Counted from the stretch's first letter, positions 1 to 9,569 are shown. The stretch is DNA of 64,000 nt from Candidatus Bathyarchaeia archaeon (GCA_050010755.1 JBEKKK010000001.1:992001-1056000), one strand, 5' to 3'. The notes: generated by a model from the sequence alone, not told the origin. Made by a program: numbers and translations.

Positions 1-569
1 CTATCGGGCAAAGATTCGTGATTGACATAATAAACTCCATCTATAACAGGGCATCTGCTCATCGTTAGTAATCGAGATTCGAACCCACTAAAATTATCGT
101 TTGTTACTAAGAAGACGACGGGTTCTCGCATTTCCGCTCGCTTGCACCAATCTTTGATAGCATATGCCTCATATCCTGCTTCATACATTCGGTCATGTCT
201 CATTCCCCATTTTAAAGTCAGAATGCCGCGTAGATCGATTGTGCTTTTGAAAATTACATCAGGCATTGGAATCCAATTGACTTCTTCAAAACCTTTAATC
301 TCTTTTATCTTGTGCCCTCTTCCCGGATAGGCTTTAAATTCACCGGGTTTCAAAAAAGTTCTTAGAATTGTCTCTATTCCCAGCTCAAACCAGTCTCCCC
401 GGCATCTCCCTATTTGGTTTGGACGCAGGCCATAGTCAGTTATGCCTATTTTGTCGCATTTTTGAATGAGATTAACAATAAAACTTGAAATGTCATTTTC
501 ACTCTTGGGAACGATGCTGGTTACCATAGCTCTTTTGAAAGAGTCACCAATTACCCTACTTGTATTCAA
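1..569 (-). CDS. Type II restriction-endonuclease-like PD-(D/E)xK nuclease, CCGG family (NgoMIV/Cfr10I-like); 3' end runs off the window
   Basis: Manual translation of an open minus-strand frame (TTG 569 or ATG 527, no stop to position 1): ...RGDWFELGIETIL...IPMPDVIF...ILTLKWGMRHDRMYEAGYE...VFLVTND... This gives a GxxFE helix, a PD and a K-x3-R-x-D-R motif. Confidence 0.65.
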   Translation of the reverse strand, partial: MNTSRVIGDSFKRAMVTSIVPKSENDISSFIVNLIQKCDKIGITDYGLRPNQIGRCRGDWFELGIETILRTFLKPGEFKAYPGRGHKIKEIKGFEEVNWIPMPDVIFKSTIDLRGILTLKWGMRHDRMYEAGYEAYAIKDWCKRAEMREPVVFLVTNDNFSGFESRLLTMSRCPVIDGVYYVNHESLPD

Positions 570-581
570 GTTATTCTATTG

Positions 582-623
582 CCAGAAGTCTATCTTCTGG
601 TTAAGAACCCATGTTGATATCAA
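582..623. promoter_or_regulatory. Inverted repeats in the divergent promoter region (candidate operators)
   Basis: CCAGAAG-N5-CTTCTGG at 582-600 and palindrome TTGATATCAA at 614-623, between the nuclease gene and the divergent HTH gene. Confidence 0.35.
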
Positions 624-689
624 ATGTCTTTTTATGACTCTGATAACAACAAAATGATTTAACATACAAACACTCTTCACTTTCCATTC

Positions 690-971
690 ATGAATATTGA
701 GAAAGTCACAGCCGCACTGGATTCCAGACTCAGAAGAGACATTATGATAATTCTTGCAAAAGAGCCAAAATCGGTTGCTGAAGTCACGAAAGAATTAGCT
801 GCATTAGGTCGAGTAGTAAAGTATCGAGAGAGTGTTTATAGAGGACTTGAAAAATTAGTCGATGCTGGGCTCGTAGATAAATATTATTATAGACAAAAGG
901 GAATTGGCTATAAGCTAGTTGTAAAAAGAATCCAAATCAACCTTGCGGATGGTACGCTGGAAAGCGAGTAG
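690..971 (+). CDS. ArsR-like winged helix-turn-helix regulator
   Basis: 93 aa, ALDSRLRRDIMIILAKEPKSVAEV...VYRGLEKLVDAGLV is a typical archaeal wHTH pattern. Confidence 0.8.
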   Translation: MNIEKVTAALDSRLRRDIMIILAKEPKSVAEVTKELAALGRVVKYRESVYRGLEKLVDAGLVDKYYYRQKGIGYKLVVKRIQINLADGTLESE

Positions 972-1104
972 TTCTTAGAGACAAAAGTCCGAGTTATCAG
1001 ACTGGGGATCATAAGAGCCAATAGGCACGCGAGTTTTCCTGACGCAAAATAGCGCGCGCATTGGCACAAAAATGAAATAGAACAAATAGGCTAGAGAGGG
1101 CATT

Positions 1105-2142
1105 ATGATGTCACTTACTATCCCAACGAGATCACATCAAAGGTTATTCATGTTTAATGTTGGTCATGGCGATAGCGTTCTGATTTGCGATGACAACTGT
1201 CATAGTCTTCTTGTTGATATCGGGACACAAACACCCCGGGAATACGCTCATATACCCCATCTGATAGAGAACCTGACCTACCCTCGGAAGTGCGGTTTGA
1301 TCGTATCGCATTACCACTGGGACCATTACAGTTTATTTCGTTATTTTAGGCATCCCGACGTCCTCTTTTCTAATGTCTATTTTCCAGACTTTGAAATGGG
1401 GGGCCCAGTCGGTACTCTCGGGCTTGCTATGATGGAATTTATAAAAACTGCTGTTTCCTTCGAGTTTGGCAGCTACAGAATACTTCCCGAAATAATTGCT
1501 AATGCCAATCTATCTGTGACGTTTTGCAGAAAAGGCACAATAATCAATGAAATAACTCCTTCTGTGCGGGTGTTCTGGCCCGACTTCTCTCATACTTCCT
1601 TAATAAACAGCAAAATAGTCGAAGCCGCCGAAAAAGTCAGAGGCAGTGTTGAACCCATCATGGATAAATATGGCATCAAGAAGCCGCCCAATTCCGAAAA
1701 GAATTACTCAATGAGATCCTTCTTCGAAGATCTTGAACGAGAAGAGGTCGCATATCGTCAGCAGCCCGAATCCGAGAAGACTGAAGTGCACAAAAAACTT
1801 GAAAGAATTGAAAAAGACCTTAGCCCTGTAGCAAATATCCTATCCATTGCTTTCAGGACTAAGTACTGGAGCTTCCCCAGATTTTTGTTTCTCGGCGATA
1901 TGGAGAGTTCTGTACTTGACAAAATCTACATCCCGAACTCGCGCGATTATGATTTCTTAAAGGCCTCGCATCATGGAACCGAATTTGGAAGCAGTCTGGA
2001 AAACCTCAACACAGAGTTTCTATTGATCTCGCGGGTCGAAAACAGCAAACACCTTTCCGGGATCCATGATGGCTACATAAACAGAGTTCATTACAGAATG
2101 ATGCTCAGCACAAGTTACCTCGGAGATTGTTTTTTCATCTAG
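1105..2142 (+). CDS. ComEC/Rec2-type metallo-beta-lactamase-fold hydrolase (putative nuclease)
   Basis: Motifs FNVGHGDS, LVDIG, SHYHWDH, FLGD and KASHHG. Confidence 0.8.
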   Translation: MMSLTIPTRSHQRLFMFNVGHGDSVLICDDNCHSLLVDIGTQTPREYAHIPHLIENLTYPRKCGLIVSHYHWDHYSLFRYFRHPDVLFSNVYFPDFEMGGPVGTLGLAMMEFIKTAVSFEFGSYRILPEIIANANLSVTFCRKGTIINEITPSVRVFWPDFSHTSLINSKIVEAAEKVRGSVEPIMDKYGIKKPPNSEKNYSMRSFFEDLEREEVAYRQQPESEKTEVHKKLERIEKDLSPVANILSIAFRTKYWSFPRFLFLGDMESSVLDKIYIPNSRDYDFLKASHHGTEFGSSLENLNTEFLLISRVENSKHLSGIHDGYINRVHYRMMLSTSYLGDCFFI

Positions 2143-2208
2143 CGCGCGCTCACAATATAGGAGAAACATAATAACTGATAGAGATCGGCTTCGATTTCAT
2201 CTGCAATC

Positions 2209-2400
2209 ATGACGACGTTATGCTTTTCAGAACAGGAAATAGAAAGGTTATCTGAGTACAGCGGGCGCTTTCCGGAAAAGCCATTTACAAAGTGTTGTAT
2301 AAGGCCCTGTCCACGGTACCGTGCGATATTTCAATTCGCAAGGTATTCTCTGCTTGCATTCGAAGATTGCCGCCTCGAGTGGCGCGAGTGGGAACCATGA
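2209..2400 (+). CDS. Hypothetical small protein
   Basis: 63 aa ORF whose stop overlaps the next ATG (ATGA, 2397-2400). Confidence 0.35.
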   Translation: MTTLCFSEQEIERLSEYSGRFPEKPFTKCCIRPCPRYRAIFQFARYSLLAFEDCRLEWREWEP

Positions 2401-2624
2401 CGCACAGACGAACCAGAGAAAAAGAGCAGGTGAGACAAGCTCGCCGAATCATCCTTTCCAGCAGTTTCCATGACCGAGTGAGGTGCGAAAGAATCTGCAG
2501 AATGACCCGCACCGACGTTCTGGCACTGCTTAAGGAGCCAGTTCAAGTCGGCTCAGTGCCTGCACTTGAACGAGGCGAGGTCTTGGTTGACTCGCGCGGA
2601 AAGGGAAGCTTCCAAACAGAGTGA
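2397..2624 (+). CDS. Hypothetical protein
   Basis: Internal ATG of ORF 2292-2624; its stop overlaps the GTG of the next ORF. Confidence 0.4.
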   Translation: MTHRRTREKEQVRQARRIILSSSFHDRVRCERICRMTRTDVLALLKEPVQVGSVPALERGEVLVDSRGKGSFQTE

Positions 2625-3070
2625 TAACACAAGCCTGGGCCGGGGAGTTCTCAGAGTTGAAAAGAGCAGGTAAGGGGCAATCGTTGCGTGCCCGGCGATC
2701 TTTCAATGATGTGATGGCGGGCCGTATTTTTCAGATAAGGCGTCGCGTGAAGCTTGACACGCAGCAGCTACGCATGAAGACGATTAGGCAGTTGGAGCAG
2801 CTTTTCGATTTTGCTTCCGCAATCGCGCGTGGGCAGGTTCAGTATCAACGTTTGGAAGGGAAGATGCATCTTATCACGTTGAAGGAGCGGCAGGGTTGGA
2901 CGAGGGTCGCCGGGTACATCGCCCAGATCCTGCAGAACATTGGCAAAGGTTTTGATGAGAAGCAAGTTGATGAGGACCTTGCTGAACTGGAGAAGTTTTT
3001 GAATGAAACAATGCCAGAAGACCAGGCTAAAACGGTTGAAGAGGCAGCTGAAGGCGCGCCGTCCAAGTGA
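2621..3070 (+). CDS. Putative terminase small subunit (start may be ATG 2714)
   Basis: Helical protein immediately upstream of and overlapping TerL; positional assignment only. Confidence 0.55.
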   Translation: MITQAWAGEFSELKRAGKGQSLRARRSFNDVMAGRIFQIRRRVKLDTQQLRMKTIRQLEQLFDFASAIARGQVQYQRLEGKMHLITLKERQGWTRVAGYIAQILQNIGKGFDEKQVDEDLAELEKFLNETMPEDQAKTVEEAAEGAPSK

Positions 3071-4385
3071 ACCTTTGGAGATCCCCTCTGATCCAGCGAC
3101 GTTCGCCCTTCACGTTTTCGGGTTCAAGTGCAACGAGTACCAGGCGAAGCTTCTGCGAGATACTTCCAAACGTATTGTCGTGAGGTGGAGTCGACAGTCT
3201 GGTAAGACAACTTGTATCGCTTTGAGGGCGATTTGGTTTGCGCTTGTTCACCCGAAGACTCTAACGTTGATCGTGGCACCATCATTGCGACAGTCGATGA
3301 TAATGAGCGATAGGATTCAGGATTTTCTCGCAAGCTTGCCAAAGGAACGATATCTGCAAATGATTGAAAAGCTGCAGAGAGCCACGGTTCGTTTCAAGAA
3401 CGGCAGCCGCATCGTGGCCTTGCCTAACAGTCCTCAGCTCCTACGCGGATACACCGCCCACCAGGTTTTGCCTGATGAAGCAAACTTCTTCAGGGATGAT
3501 GACCTAGTCTTTTACGATATATTGTACCCGATGCTCAGTACTACGGATGGCGTTCTTATCGCGTCAAGCACGCCGTGGAATAAGGACAGCGTGTTCTACC
3601 GGATGACTCAGAGCAGCGAGTTCAGCAAGCACGTTGTGACCTGCGAGGACGTAGTTCGTAGCGGCCTTGTGAAACAGAGTTTCGTCGACGAGATGCGGGC
3701 TCAGCTGCCAGCGGAGCGGTTTCAACGTGAGTTCATGGCCGAGTTTGTTGAGGACATCGACGCTTGGCTGACGCAGAGCCTGATTGTCAACTGTATCGAT
3801 AGCAACTTGCAGCCATATGATTTTCAGGACACACTCCAAGGCGAGTTTTATGTCGGGGTCGATTTTGGGAAAGAGCAGGATTCCAGTGTGGTCCTGGTCC
3901 TTCAAAGAATCGGGAGTGTGCTCAAGATGGTGCACGTTCACCGTTTTCCACTGAAAACAGAGTATGCAAGCGTCATCGGCTACACGAAGAGTCTTCAGGA
4001 TCGCTGGCGGGAAATCAGGGCCGTTTACGCAGACATCACTGGCGTGGGAGGCTACATCGTTGAGGACATGGTTCGCAGCGGGATCCAGGGCGTCAACGGC
4101 GTAACCTTCACGGTGCAGTCGAAAGAAGAGATGGCCACGATTTTAAGGGAAAAAATGCGCTGCGGCGAAGTGAAAATTCCATACGTGCCGGCGACGAAAA
4201 TTCAAGACGTAGACTTGACTGCTGAGCTTAACATTGAAAAGTACGAGCTCATGAAGACCGGTCACCTTCGCTTCAGCCATCCAGATGGCTCACATGACGA
4301 CGTGTTTTGGAGCATGGCTCTGGCCGTGTACGGAGCGATTCAGGCCCCGTTGCCCGGCAAAGGCGTCGCATTCATACCACATTAA
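3003..4385 (+). CDS. terL: Terminase large subunit
   Basis: Walker A WSRQSGKTT, Walker B VLPDEANF, coupling motif SSTP, RNase-H-like nuclease residues GVDFG and HDDVFWS. Confidence 0.95.
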   Translation: MKQCQKTRLKRLKRQLKARRPSEPLEIPSDPATFALHVFGFKCNEYQAKLLRDTSKRIVVRWSRQSGKTTCIALRAIWFALVHPKTLTLIVAPSLRQSMIMSDRIQDFLASLPKERYLQMIEKLQRATVRFKNGSRIVALPNSPQLLRGYTAHQVLPDEANFFRDDDLVFYDILYPMLSTTDGVLIASSTPWNKDSVFYRMTQSSEFSKHVVTCEDVVRSGLVKQSFVDEMRAQLPAERFQREFMAEFVEDIDAWLTQSLIVNCIDSNLQPYDFQDTLQGEFYVGVDFGKEQDSSVVLVLQRIGSVLKMVHVHRFPLKTEYASVIGYTKSLQDRWREIRAVYADITGVGGYIVEDMVRSGIQGVNGVTFTVQSKEEMATILREKMRCGEVKIPYVPATKIQDVDLTAELNIEKYELMKTGHLRFSHPDGSHDDVFWSMALAVYGAIQAPLPGKGVAFIPH

Positions 4386-4409
4386 ACAAATGAACGAAGT
4401 TGAAAAATC

Positions 4410-4622
4410 ATGGAGACAGAAGTATTCATCGCTTCCTCAAGAGGAACTTTGAAAGCTCTCGGCATAGAGCTAGCGGGCGACATCAAAGACTTGCATATAC
4501 TCATAGACGGCGTTGACATTTCGAAAGTCGCGAGTTTCGAAGAAGTGAGAATCGTGCTGCGAAAAGAAGAGCAATCTTCGCCGCTCGCAGTCATTGTGAA
4601 GGAGAAAGAGAAAACACAATAA
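4410..4622 (+). CDS. Hypothetical viral protein
   Basis: 70 aa ORF filling the gap between terL and portal. Confidence 0.6.
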   Translation: METEVFIASSRGTLKALGIELAGDIKDLHILIDGVDISKVASFEEVRIVLRKEEQSSPLAVIVKEKEKTQ

Positions 4623-4636
4623 TCCGGTGAGTTCTG

Positions 4637-6070
4637 ATGCCGTTTAAAGCAGTGAAGCCAGCGGGCACTGTGCTTGCTCAAAGGGATGTACCTCCAGATA
4701 TCTCTGCGAAGCAGATTCAAGAAGAAATCCCGGTAAACTGGAGATATGACCCCGGTCTTTGGGGTTACCTGAACAAGTACGTGATTAAAGACTCAGGCGT
4801 CGGCTTCATAACTCCACCATACATTGCCTATTGGGAAAGGGTTTGGGGCGCCCAACCCATAGAGGATTTACCGAAGTACAAGGAACTCTACACGTTCACA
4901 CCCTTCATCAAGGCCAGCGTGGACGTCACCATTAACTTGATGATAAGCAACGGCTTCGAACTTGAAGGCGGCGATGACGACGTCAGAAGTTGGCTCACGG
5001 ACTGGCTTGATGAACACAATGTTCTGCAAACCTTGCGAGTCGTTTCAGCGGACATGTACATCTCTGGCAACGCCTACATAGAGGTTTGCAGAGATGAAGA
5101 CTCTGATGTTGACGATTGGTGGCTTAAGCCTCTTGATCCTGTTTACATGAGAGTGCGCAGAGACGCTTACGGCAATGTTTTCGGTTACATTCAACTGTTA
5201 ACCTTTCCACCAGTGACTTTTGAAGCGGAAGACATCATCCATTTCAAGTGGTGCCCCAAAAGTTGGTGGTACGAGTACAGCTACGGCACAAGCCAGCTTA
5301 GGCCCCTAATCCTCGTTCAAAGCCTGATTGATGATTTCCAGACGGACATGGCCACAATAATGAAGATTTACACGAAGCCTATGCTCATCGTCACCTGCGG
5401 CACACCGGACAGACCTTTCAGTGATTCAGCGTTATCAGGCGTTGTCCAAGCTTTTCAAAACAGAGACGCAGCCACAGATGTTTTCGTTAGAGGCGATGTC
5501 ACCGTCAAAACGATGACAAGCATGACTCGTGAGATTAACGTTCAGTGGTGGATTGACTACCTTCATAACCAGAGGAAAGCCGTGCTCGGAGTGCCAGAGA
5601 TTTTCCTTGGAGATTCAAAGGGCACAAATCGGGCCACTGCAGACATCGTGATGCAAGAGTTCGTTACACGCTTACGAATGGGGCAAGAATCTCTCGGAGA
5701 TACGCTTGAAACAGTTTTGTTCAAGCAACTTATAGATGCAAAGTTTGGCGTAGGCAAAGAGATTCCGCATTGCAAGTGGAGACCCATATGGGAGCCCACA
5801 ACTGGAGATAAGGCGAAATACTTAGATCTTCTCGTGAAGGACGGTGTTTCAGCCATTTCAGAAGCAAGGGCGCAACTCGGCTTTCCAGAAGAGTTCCCGG
5901 CAGAAGAGATTCCACAGTTGCAAGTGCTTCCTGAAAGAGTCGGTGTAAGCGTGACTCAGCAGGCAAGCGGCGGAACAGCCGTTCAAGAGATGCTTCCTCA
6001 GAACCAATCAGGCGGAACATCAGCTCAAATGCGAGTCAAAAGGAAGTATCTGATTGCCGAGGTACAGTGA
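4637..6070 (+). CDS. Portal protein
   Basis: 477 aa after TerL; SGNAYIEV, LKPLDP, DIIHFK, YGTSQL, LGVPEIFLG and ISEARAQLG are portal-like motifs; GGTGA RBS. Confidence 0.92.
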   Translation: MPFKAVKPAGTVLAQRDVPPDISAKQIQEEIPVNWRYDPGLWGYLNKYVIKDSGVGFITPPYIAYWERVWGAQPIEDLPKYKELYTFTPFIKASVDVTINLMISNGFELEGGDDDVRSWLTDWLDEHNVLQTLRVVSADMYISGNAYIEVCRDEDSDVDDWWLKPLDPVYMRVRRDAYGNVFGYIQLLTFPPVTFEAEDIIHFKWCPKSWWYEYSYGTSQLRPLILVQSLIDDFQTDMATIMKIYTKPMLIVTCGTPDRPFSDSALSGVVQAFQNRDAATDVFVRGDVTVKTMTSMTREINVQWWIDYLHNQRKAVLGVPEIFLGDSKGTNRATADIVMQEFVTRLRMGQESLGDTLETVLFKQLIDAKFGVGKEIPHCKWRPIWEPTTGDKAKYLDLLVKDGVSAISEARAQLGFPEEFPAEEIPQLQVLPERVGVSVTQQASGGTAVQEMLPQNQSGGTSAQMRVKRKYLIAEVQ

Positions 6071-6335
6071 TGCTCTTTTGGCTTGTGAGGTATTCAGAGC
6101 TTTCAAAGCAGCCACTGCAGGGGAAGAACAGGAATCGCCTACGACCACGTGGGCCTTCGTTGTGACTGGCGACAAGACATGTGAAGAATGCCAGAAGTAT
6201 AAGGATGACACATACGAGCTTGAGAACCCCGACGACCTGCTGGGCATGTTTGATTATGGCGAGTGGATTGACGAAGACACCTTCGCACCCAACATTCACG
6301 TCAATTGTGAGTGCACGATTATCAGAGTTGATTGA
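6054..6335 (+). CDS. Minimal MuF/SPP1 gp7-like head morphogenesis protein
   Basis: DKTCEEC...PNIHVNCEC matches the Cys/His C-terminal motif of MuF; follows the portal. Confidence 0.7.
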   Translation: MPRYSDALLACEVFRAFKAATAGEEQESPTTTWAFVVTGDKTCEECQKYKDDTYELENPDDLLGMFDYGEWIDEDTFAPNIHVNCECTIIRVD

Positions 6336-6336
6336 A

Positions 6337-6651
6337 ATGTCTGAAAAAGAAAATCCATTGTTTAGAGGCAAAACGGAGAAGGAAATTGATGAGTTCCTCA
6401 GGTTAGAGGGGGAGCTTATTGTCGAGCTGGATGCGCTTTCACCACCCATGAAACGCGCAATTCTTGATAATCTTAGACAAATTGCAAAGCTGCCACCTTG
6501 GATGCAGAGAATCCTTCTTGATGACATTAACACGGCCGCTGTCAATCGCATAGGCATCATGGTCACGATAATTCAAACTCAAAAGCAAAACGAGCAGCAC
6601 CCAACTTTCAGGATGGCGCGAGATGATGCACGTGAACGGAAAAAAGAATGA
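6337..6651 (+). CDS. Hypothetical viral protein, paralog of 21408-21614
   Basis: ATG 6337 just after the previous stop; contains LPPWMQRILLDDINTA. Confidence 0.65.
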   Translation: MSEKENPLFRGKTEKEIDEFLRLEGELIVELDALSPPMKRAILDNLRQIAKLPPWMQRILLDDINTAAVNRIGIMVTIIQTQKQNEQHPTFRMARDDARERKKE

Positions 6652-6931
6652 GAAGCTTGTGCAAATGGCATGCCCAGAGTGTAAAACCGTCTACGGACCG
6701 CAACCAATGATTTTGCTAATGAAAGATGGAACGAGTCAGCTAATCCACGAATTGCCGAGAAAGTGTTTGCGCTGTCATTGCAACCTGCAAAGATTCGCAG
6801 TTGAAATGCCGAGAGGAATGAACACTGCCAACACAATACTATCAAAGACAAATCATACCGCCGGGCATGATTTACCGCACGATGCAACAATACGGTCGCG
6901 AGATGCGCGCCCTGACATTAGCGCACATTGA
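6623..6931 (+). CDS. Zinc-finger-like viral protein
   Basis: CPEC...CLRC pairs. Confidence 0.5.
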   Translation: MMHVNGKKNEKLVQMACPECKTVYGPQPMILLMKDGTSQLIHELPRKCLRCHCNLQRFAVEMPRGMNTANTILSKTNHTAGHDLPHDATIRSRDARPDISAH

Positions 6932-7355
6932 AGCTTCAAAGATCCCTCCTGCCCCCGCAGTGCCTCAAAGAGAACTCAGCGTTTTATGGCCACGCATGCC
7001 TTGTCACACACTCTGCAGATACACGAATGAGATGCGCAGGCCACACGTAAGCTGCTGGTGGTTCTGCCGGCTCCGCAGATTCTTTTATGGCAAGCTCAGC
7101 AAGGATGAATACCACTATAATCCGCTCACGGGCATGGTAGTCACAAAAAACTTGAAGAACATGCGCACGCATGTCATACTCTTAACTGAAGAATACTTTT
7201 CCCCGAACTGCAGTTACGTCATGAACATTTTTACGAAAAGAAGGTTTGCGAGAGTTAAGGACATCCTCATGAACAAACTCTTCCAAATTTACAACGTTTG
7301 GTGGATCCCACACAAGAAGACGATTTTAACCATGTGTGAAGGACTGGCGAACTAA
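6867..7355 (+). CDS. Hypothetical viral protein
   Basis: 162 aa co-oriented ORF with a Cys/His cluster; abuts the next gene. Confidence 0.55.
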   Translation: MIYRTMQQYGREMRALTLAHIEASKIPPAPAVPQRELSVLWPRMPCHTLCRYTNEMRRPHVSCWWFCRLRRFFYGKLSKDEYHYNPLTGMVVTKNLKNMRTHVILLTEEYFSPNCSYVMNIFTKRRFARVKDILMNKLFQIYNVWWIPHKKTILTMCEGLAN

Positions 7356-7356
7356 T

Positions 7357-7683
7357 ATGGCAAACATCACAAACGAAAAAAACATGTGGAAATGCAACGT
7401 TCAAACCCTTGAAAAGTTTGACAAGATGCATGCAAAGCCATTTGTCGCAGGCGTGCAGGTTGTTATGGGAAGAGTTAAGGGCACAGATCGGTGGGAAATT
7501 CAAGGATTCACCTTTTTGAAGACTAACTTCAAGAGCGCTGAAGATTGCCGAGTATGGCTTGATTCCCATTTAAAGGGAGAAATCAAAACCTGCCTGGATT
7601 TCAAAGCTTGGAATGAATACAGGCGAAGGGCGATGAACGCATTCTTGCAAGTTGCGGAAGTCACAAATCACGGCAACGAATAA
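7357..7683 (+). CDS. Head-module protein resembling a domain often attached to phage prohead proteases
   Basis: GVQVVMGRVKG...EIQGFTF.K..F.SAEDCRVWLDSH pattern; lies between portal and protease. Confidence 0.5.
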   Translation: MANITNEKNMWKCNVQTLEKFDKMHAKPFVAGVQVVMGRVKGTDRWEIQGFTFLKTNFKSAEDCRVWLDSHLKGEIKTCLDFKAWNEYRRRAMNAFLQVAEVTNHGNE

Positions 7684-7695
7684 GAAGTTGAAAAA

Positions 7696-8304
7696 ATGTC
7701 TGAAACAATCTTTCTTGCAAAAGAATGGACATACAAGAAAAAGAAGAACCTTCCAAACTCTTCATTCGCCTATATGGACCCCCAGGACAAGGGGCATTTT
7801 CCATACAAGGATGAGAACGGAAAACTTGACGAAGCCCACATCAACAATGCATTCTCTTGGCTACCGCAATCAAACCTAAGCATGGATATCAAGAAGAAAA
7901 TACACACGAAACTTGTGAATGCCTGCAAGCAACTCGGGAAGGAACACAACAAGTGCAGCATACCCGGCTGTGAAGGCTACACACCGGCGAGCCAGAAAAG
8001 TTTCCTTGAAAGCGGTGCAACATTCTCCGCGCTGAGCGAAGAGGCAATGAGTCTTCAAAGTGACTGGACAAAGTTTGACCAGAAACGTGCAAAAGGTGGA
8101 AAGAAAACAAAGAGTGCAGCGCCTAAGAGTACAACGAAAAAGACAAAGGGCACGAGCAAAAAGAAAACAGGTAAGACGAAAACCAAAAAACCAAAAGTTG
8201 GAAAAACCAAGAAGACAAGAAAGAAAAGCCTTCTTGAAGAACCCACTTCGTTTTTGAAGTTAGCTTCAGAGTTTGACCAAATCAAAAGAGAGGCAGGTCT
8301 GTAG
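7696..8304 (+). CDS. Head-associated protein (DUF6582-like N-terminus) with a Lys-rich tail
   Basis: LPNSSFAY...HFPYKD...DEAHINNA motif, then a highly basic KKTK-repeat segment. Confidence 0.6.
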   Translation: MSETIFLAKEWTYKKKKNLPNSSFAYMDPQDKGHFPYKDENGKLDEAHINNAFSWLPQSNLSMDIKKKIHTKLVNACKQLGKEHNKCSIPGCEGYTPASQKSFLESGATFSALSEEAMSLQSDWTKFDQKRAKGGKKTKSAAPKSTTKKTKGTSKKKTGKTKTKKPKVGKTKKTRKKSLLEEPTSFLKLASEFDQIKREAGL

Positions 8305-8305
8305 G

Positions 8306-9559
8306 ATGGAATTGCATTATTTCATTCCGTTCAAGGCTCAAGGGGGCACAGATGCGCAATTCGCTTTGAGAGAGCATCTGCTCAATATTGAAGGTACGGC
8401 CATAGATACATCCGTGAATGCGAATAAATGGCAAGTACCGGCTGAAGACTTGGAGTTTCTTACACAGGGGCTAATCAACGCTCAGTTGAGAATCGACCAC
8501 GCTGAAAGCGCCATGGCCGTTATCGGAAAGGTCCCTGAGGCTAAGTTGTTCGCAGATTTGGGGCAAGTTTGGTTCCGTGCTGAAATCGGTGACTTGCCAA
8601 TCATTGAGAGAGTGTTGAAGGGCTATCTTGACCACGTTTCCATTCAGATTGACTCTGATGATGTGCAGTGTTCAAAATGCCTGCAGCAAACGCGCAAAGA
8701 GGGCATGCTTGTTCACCTTTGTCCTGATGCGTGGGAAATCGTTCATAAACCGAAAGTCAGGGAACTTAGCATCGTGGCGAGCCCTGCTTACAAGAACACA
8801 GACTTTAAGCCGGTAGGATTCGCAGCAGCTATGGATGCGAGTCAAACATGTAAAACTTACCCCTGCACAGGGAGCGAAGGTTGCGGAAGAAGAGGCTCAT
8901 TCGTGTGTGCGCTTCCACCGTTATCACCGTTATCGCAAGGTAACAAAGATGTGGGTTCTAAGGGAGACCTGCAAGAACCCGAAAACGAAAAGAAAACTTC
9001 AAGGGAGGTGAACTCCTTGCCTGAACAACAAACAGCTCAGCAAGCGAGTTCTCCACATAAAGCACAAGGCGTAGTCAACACGAACAACGGACAAGGCGAG
9101 AGCGCACCATCACAAGTGAATTACGCGGACTTCATGAAGGAGCTTGAAGGCTTGCAAAACCAAATCGCCTCAGACGACGCTGCAGAAGCGGATGCCATGA
9201 GAGCGAAGATTGCAGCCCTTCAGAAACAAGTTGCCAACAGGGCCACGAAACAGCAACTCGGCAAGAAAATCAGCGACCTTCAACAGCAGCTTGACTCTGG
9301 GAGTGGAGCTGCGGAAGACGCTGAGGAGCCAGATGGTGATGAGGATGGCACCACAAACGAAAATCTCGTGGACACGAGTGACGACGGCGCAGTTTCCTCA
9401 AAAACTTCGCACAAGGCCACAGGGAAAGGCATGATTGGCACAGATGCCGAACGTAACCAACCAGGCATGGCTGGTGAAACAACGATGAGCGTCTTCGGCA
9501 ACATTGACTGGTTCAAAGACGTCGCCAAAGCCACGGCCAAGTTAAAGGGCATGAGATAA
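8306..9559 (+). CDS. Prohead protease with C-terminal scaffold
   Basis: IEGTAID, LRIDH, VIGKV, VSIQI, CxxC insert and RELSIVASPAY, followed by a coiled-coil/acidic C-terminus. Confidence 0.85.
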   Translation: MELHYFIPFKAQGGTDAQFALREHLLNIEGTAIDTSVNANKWQVPAEDLEFLTQGLINAQLRIDHAESAMAVIGKVPEAKLFADLGQVWFRAEIGDLPIIERVLKGYLDHVSIQIDSDDVQCSKCLQQTRKEGMLVHLCPDAWEIVHKPKVRELSIVASPAYKNTDFKPVGFAAAMDASQTCKTYPCTGSEGCGRRGSFVCALPPLSPLSQGNKDVGSKGDLQEPENEKKTSREVNSLPEQQTAQQASSPHKAQGVVNTNNGQGESAPSQVNYADFMKELEGLQNQIASDDAAEADAMRAKIAALQKQVANRATKQQLGKKISDLQQQLDSGSGAAEDAEEPDGDEDGTTNENLVDTSDDGAVSSKTSHKATGKGMIGTDAERNQPGMAGETTMSVFGNIDWFKDVAKATAKLKGMR

Positions 9560-9569
9560 GGGGATTACA

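Noticed and set aside
142-657. Plus-strand ORFs 142-330 and 466-657
   Set aside because: They are shadows of the minus-strand nuclease frame and have no motifs.
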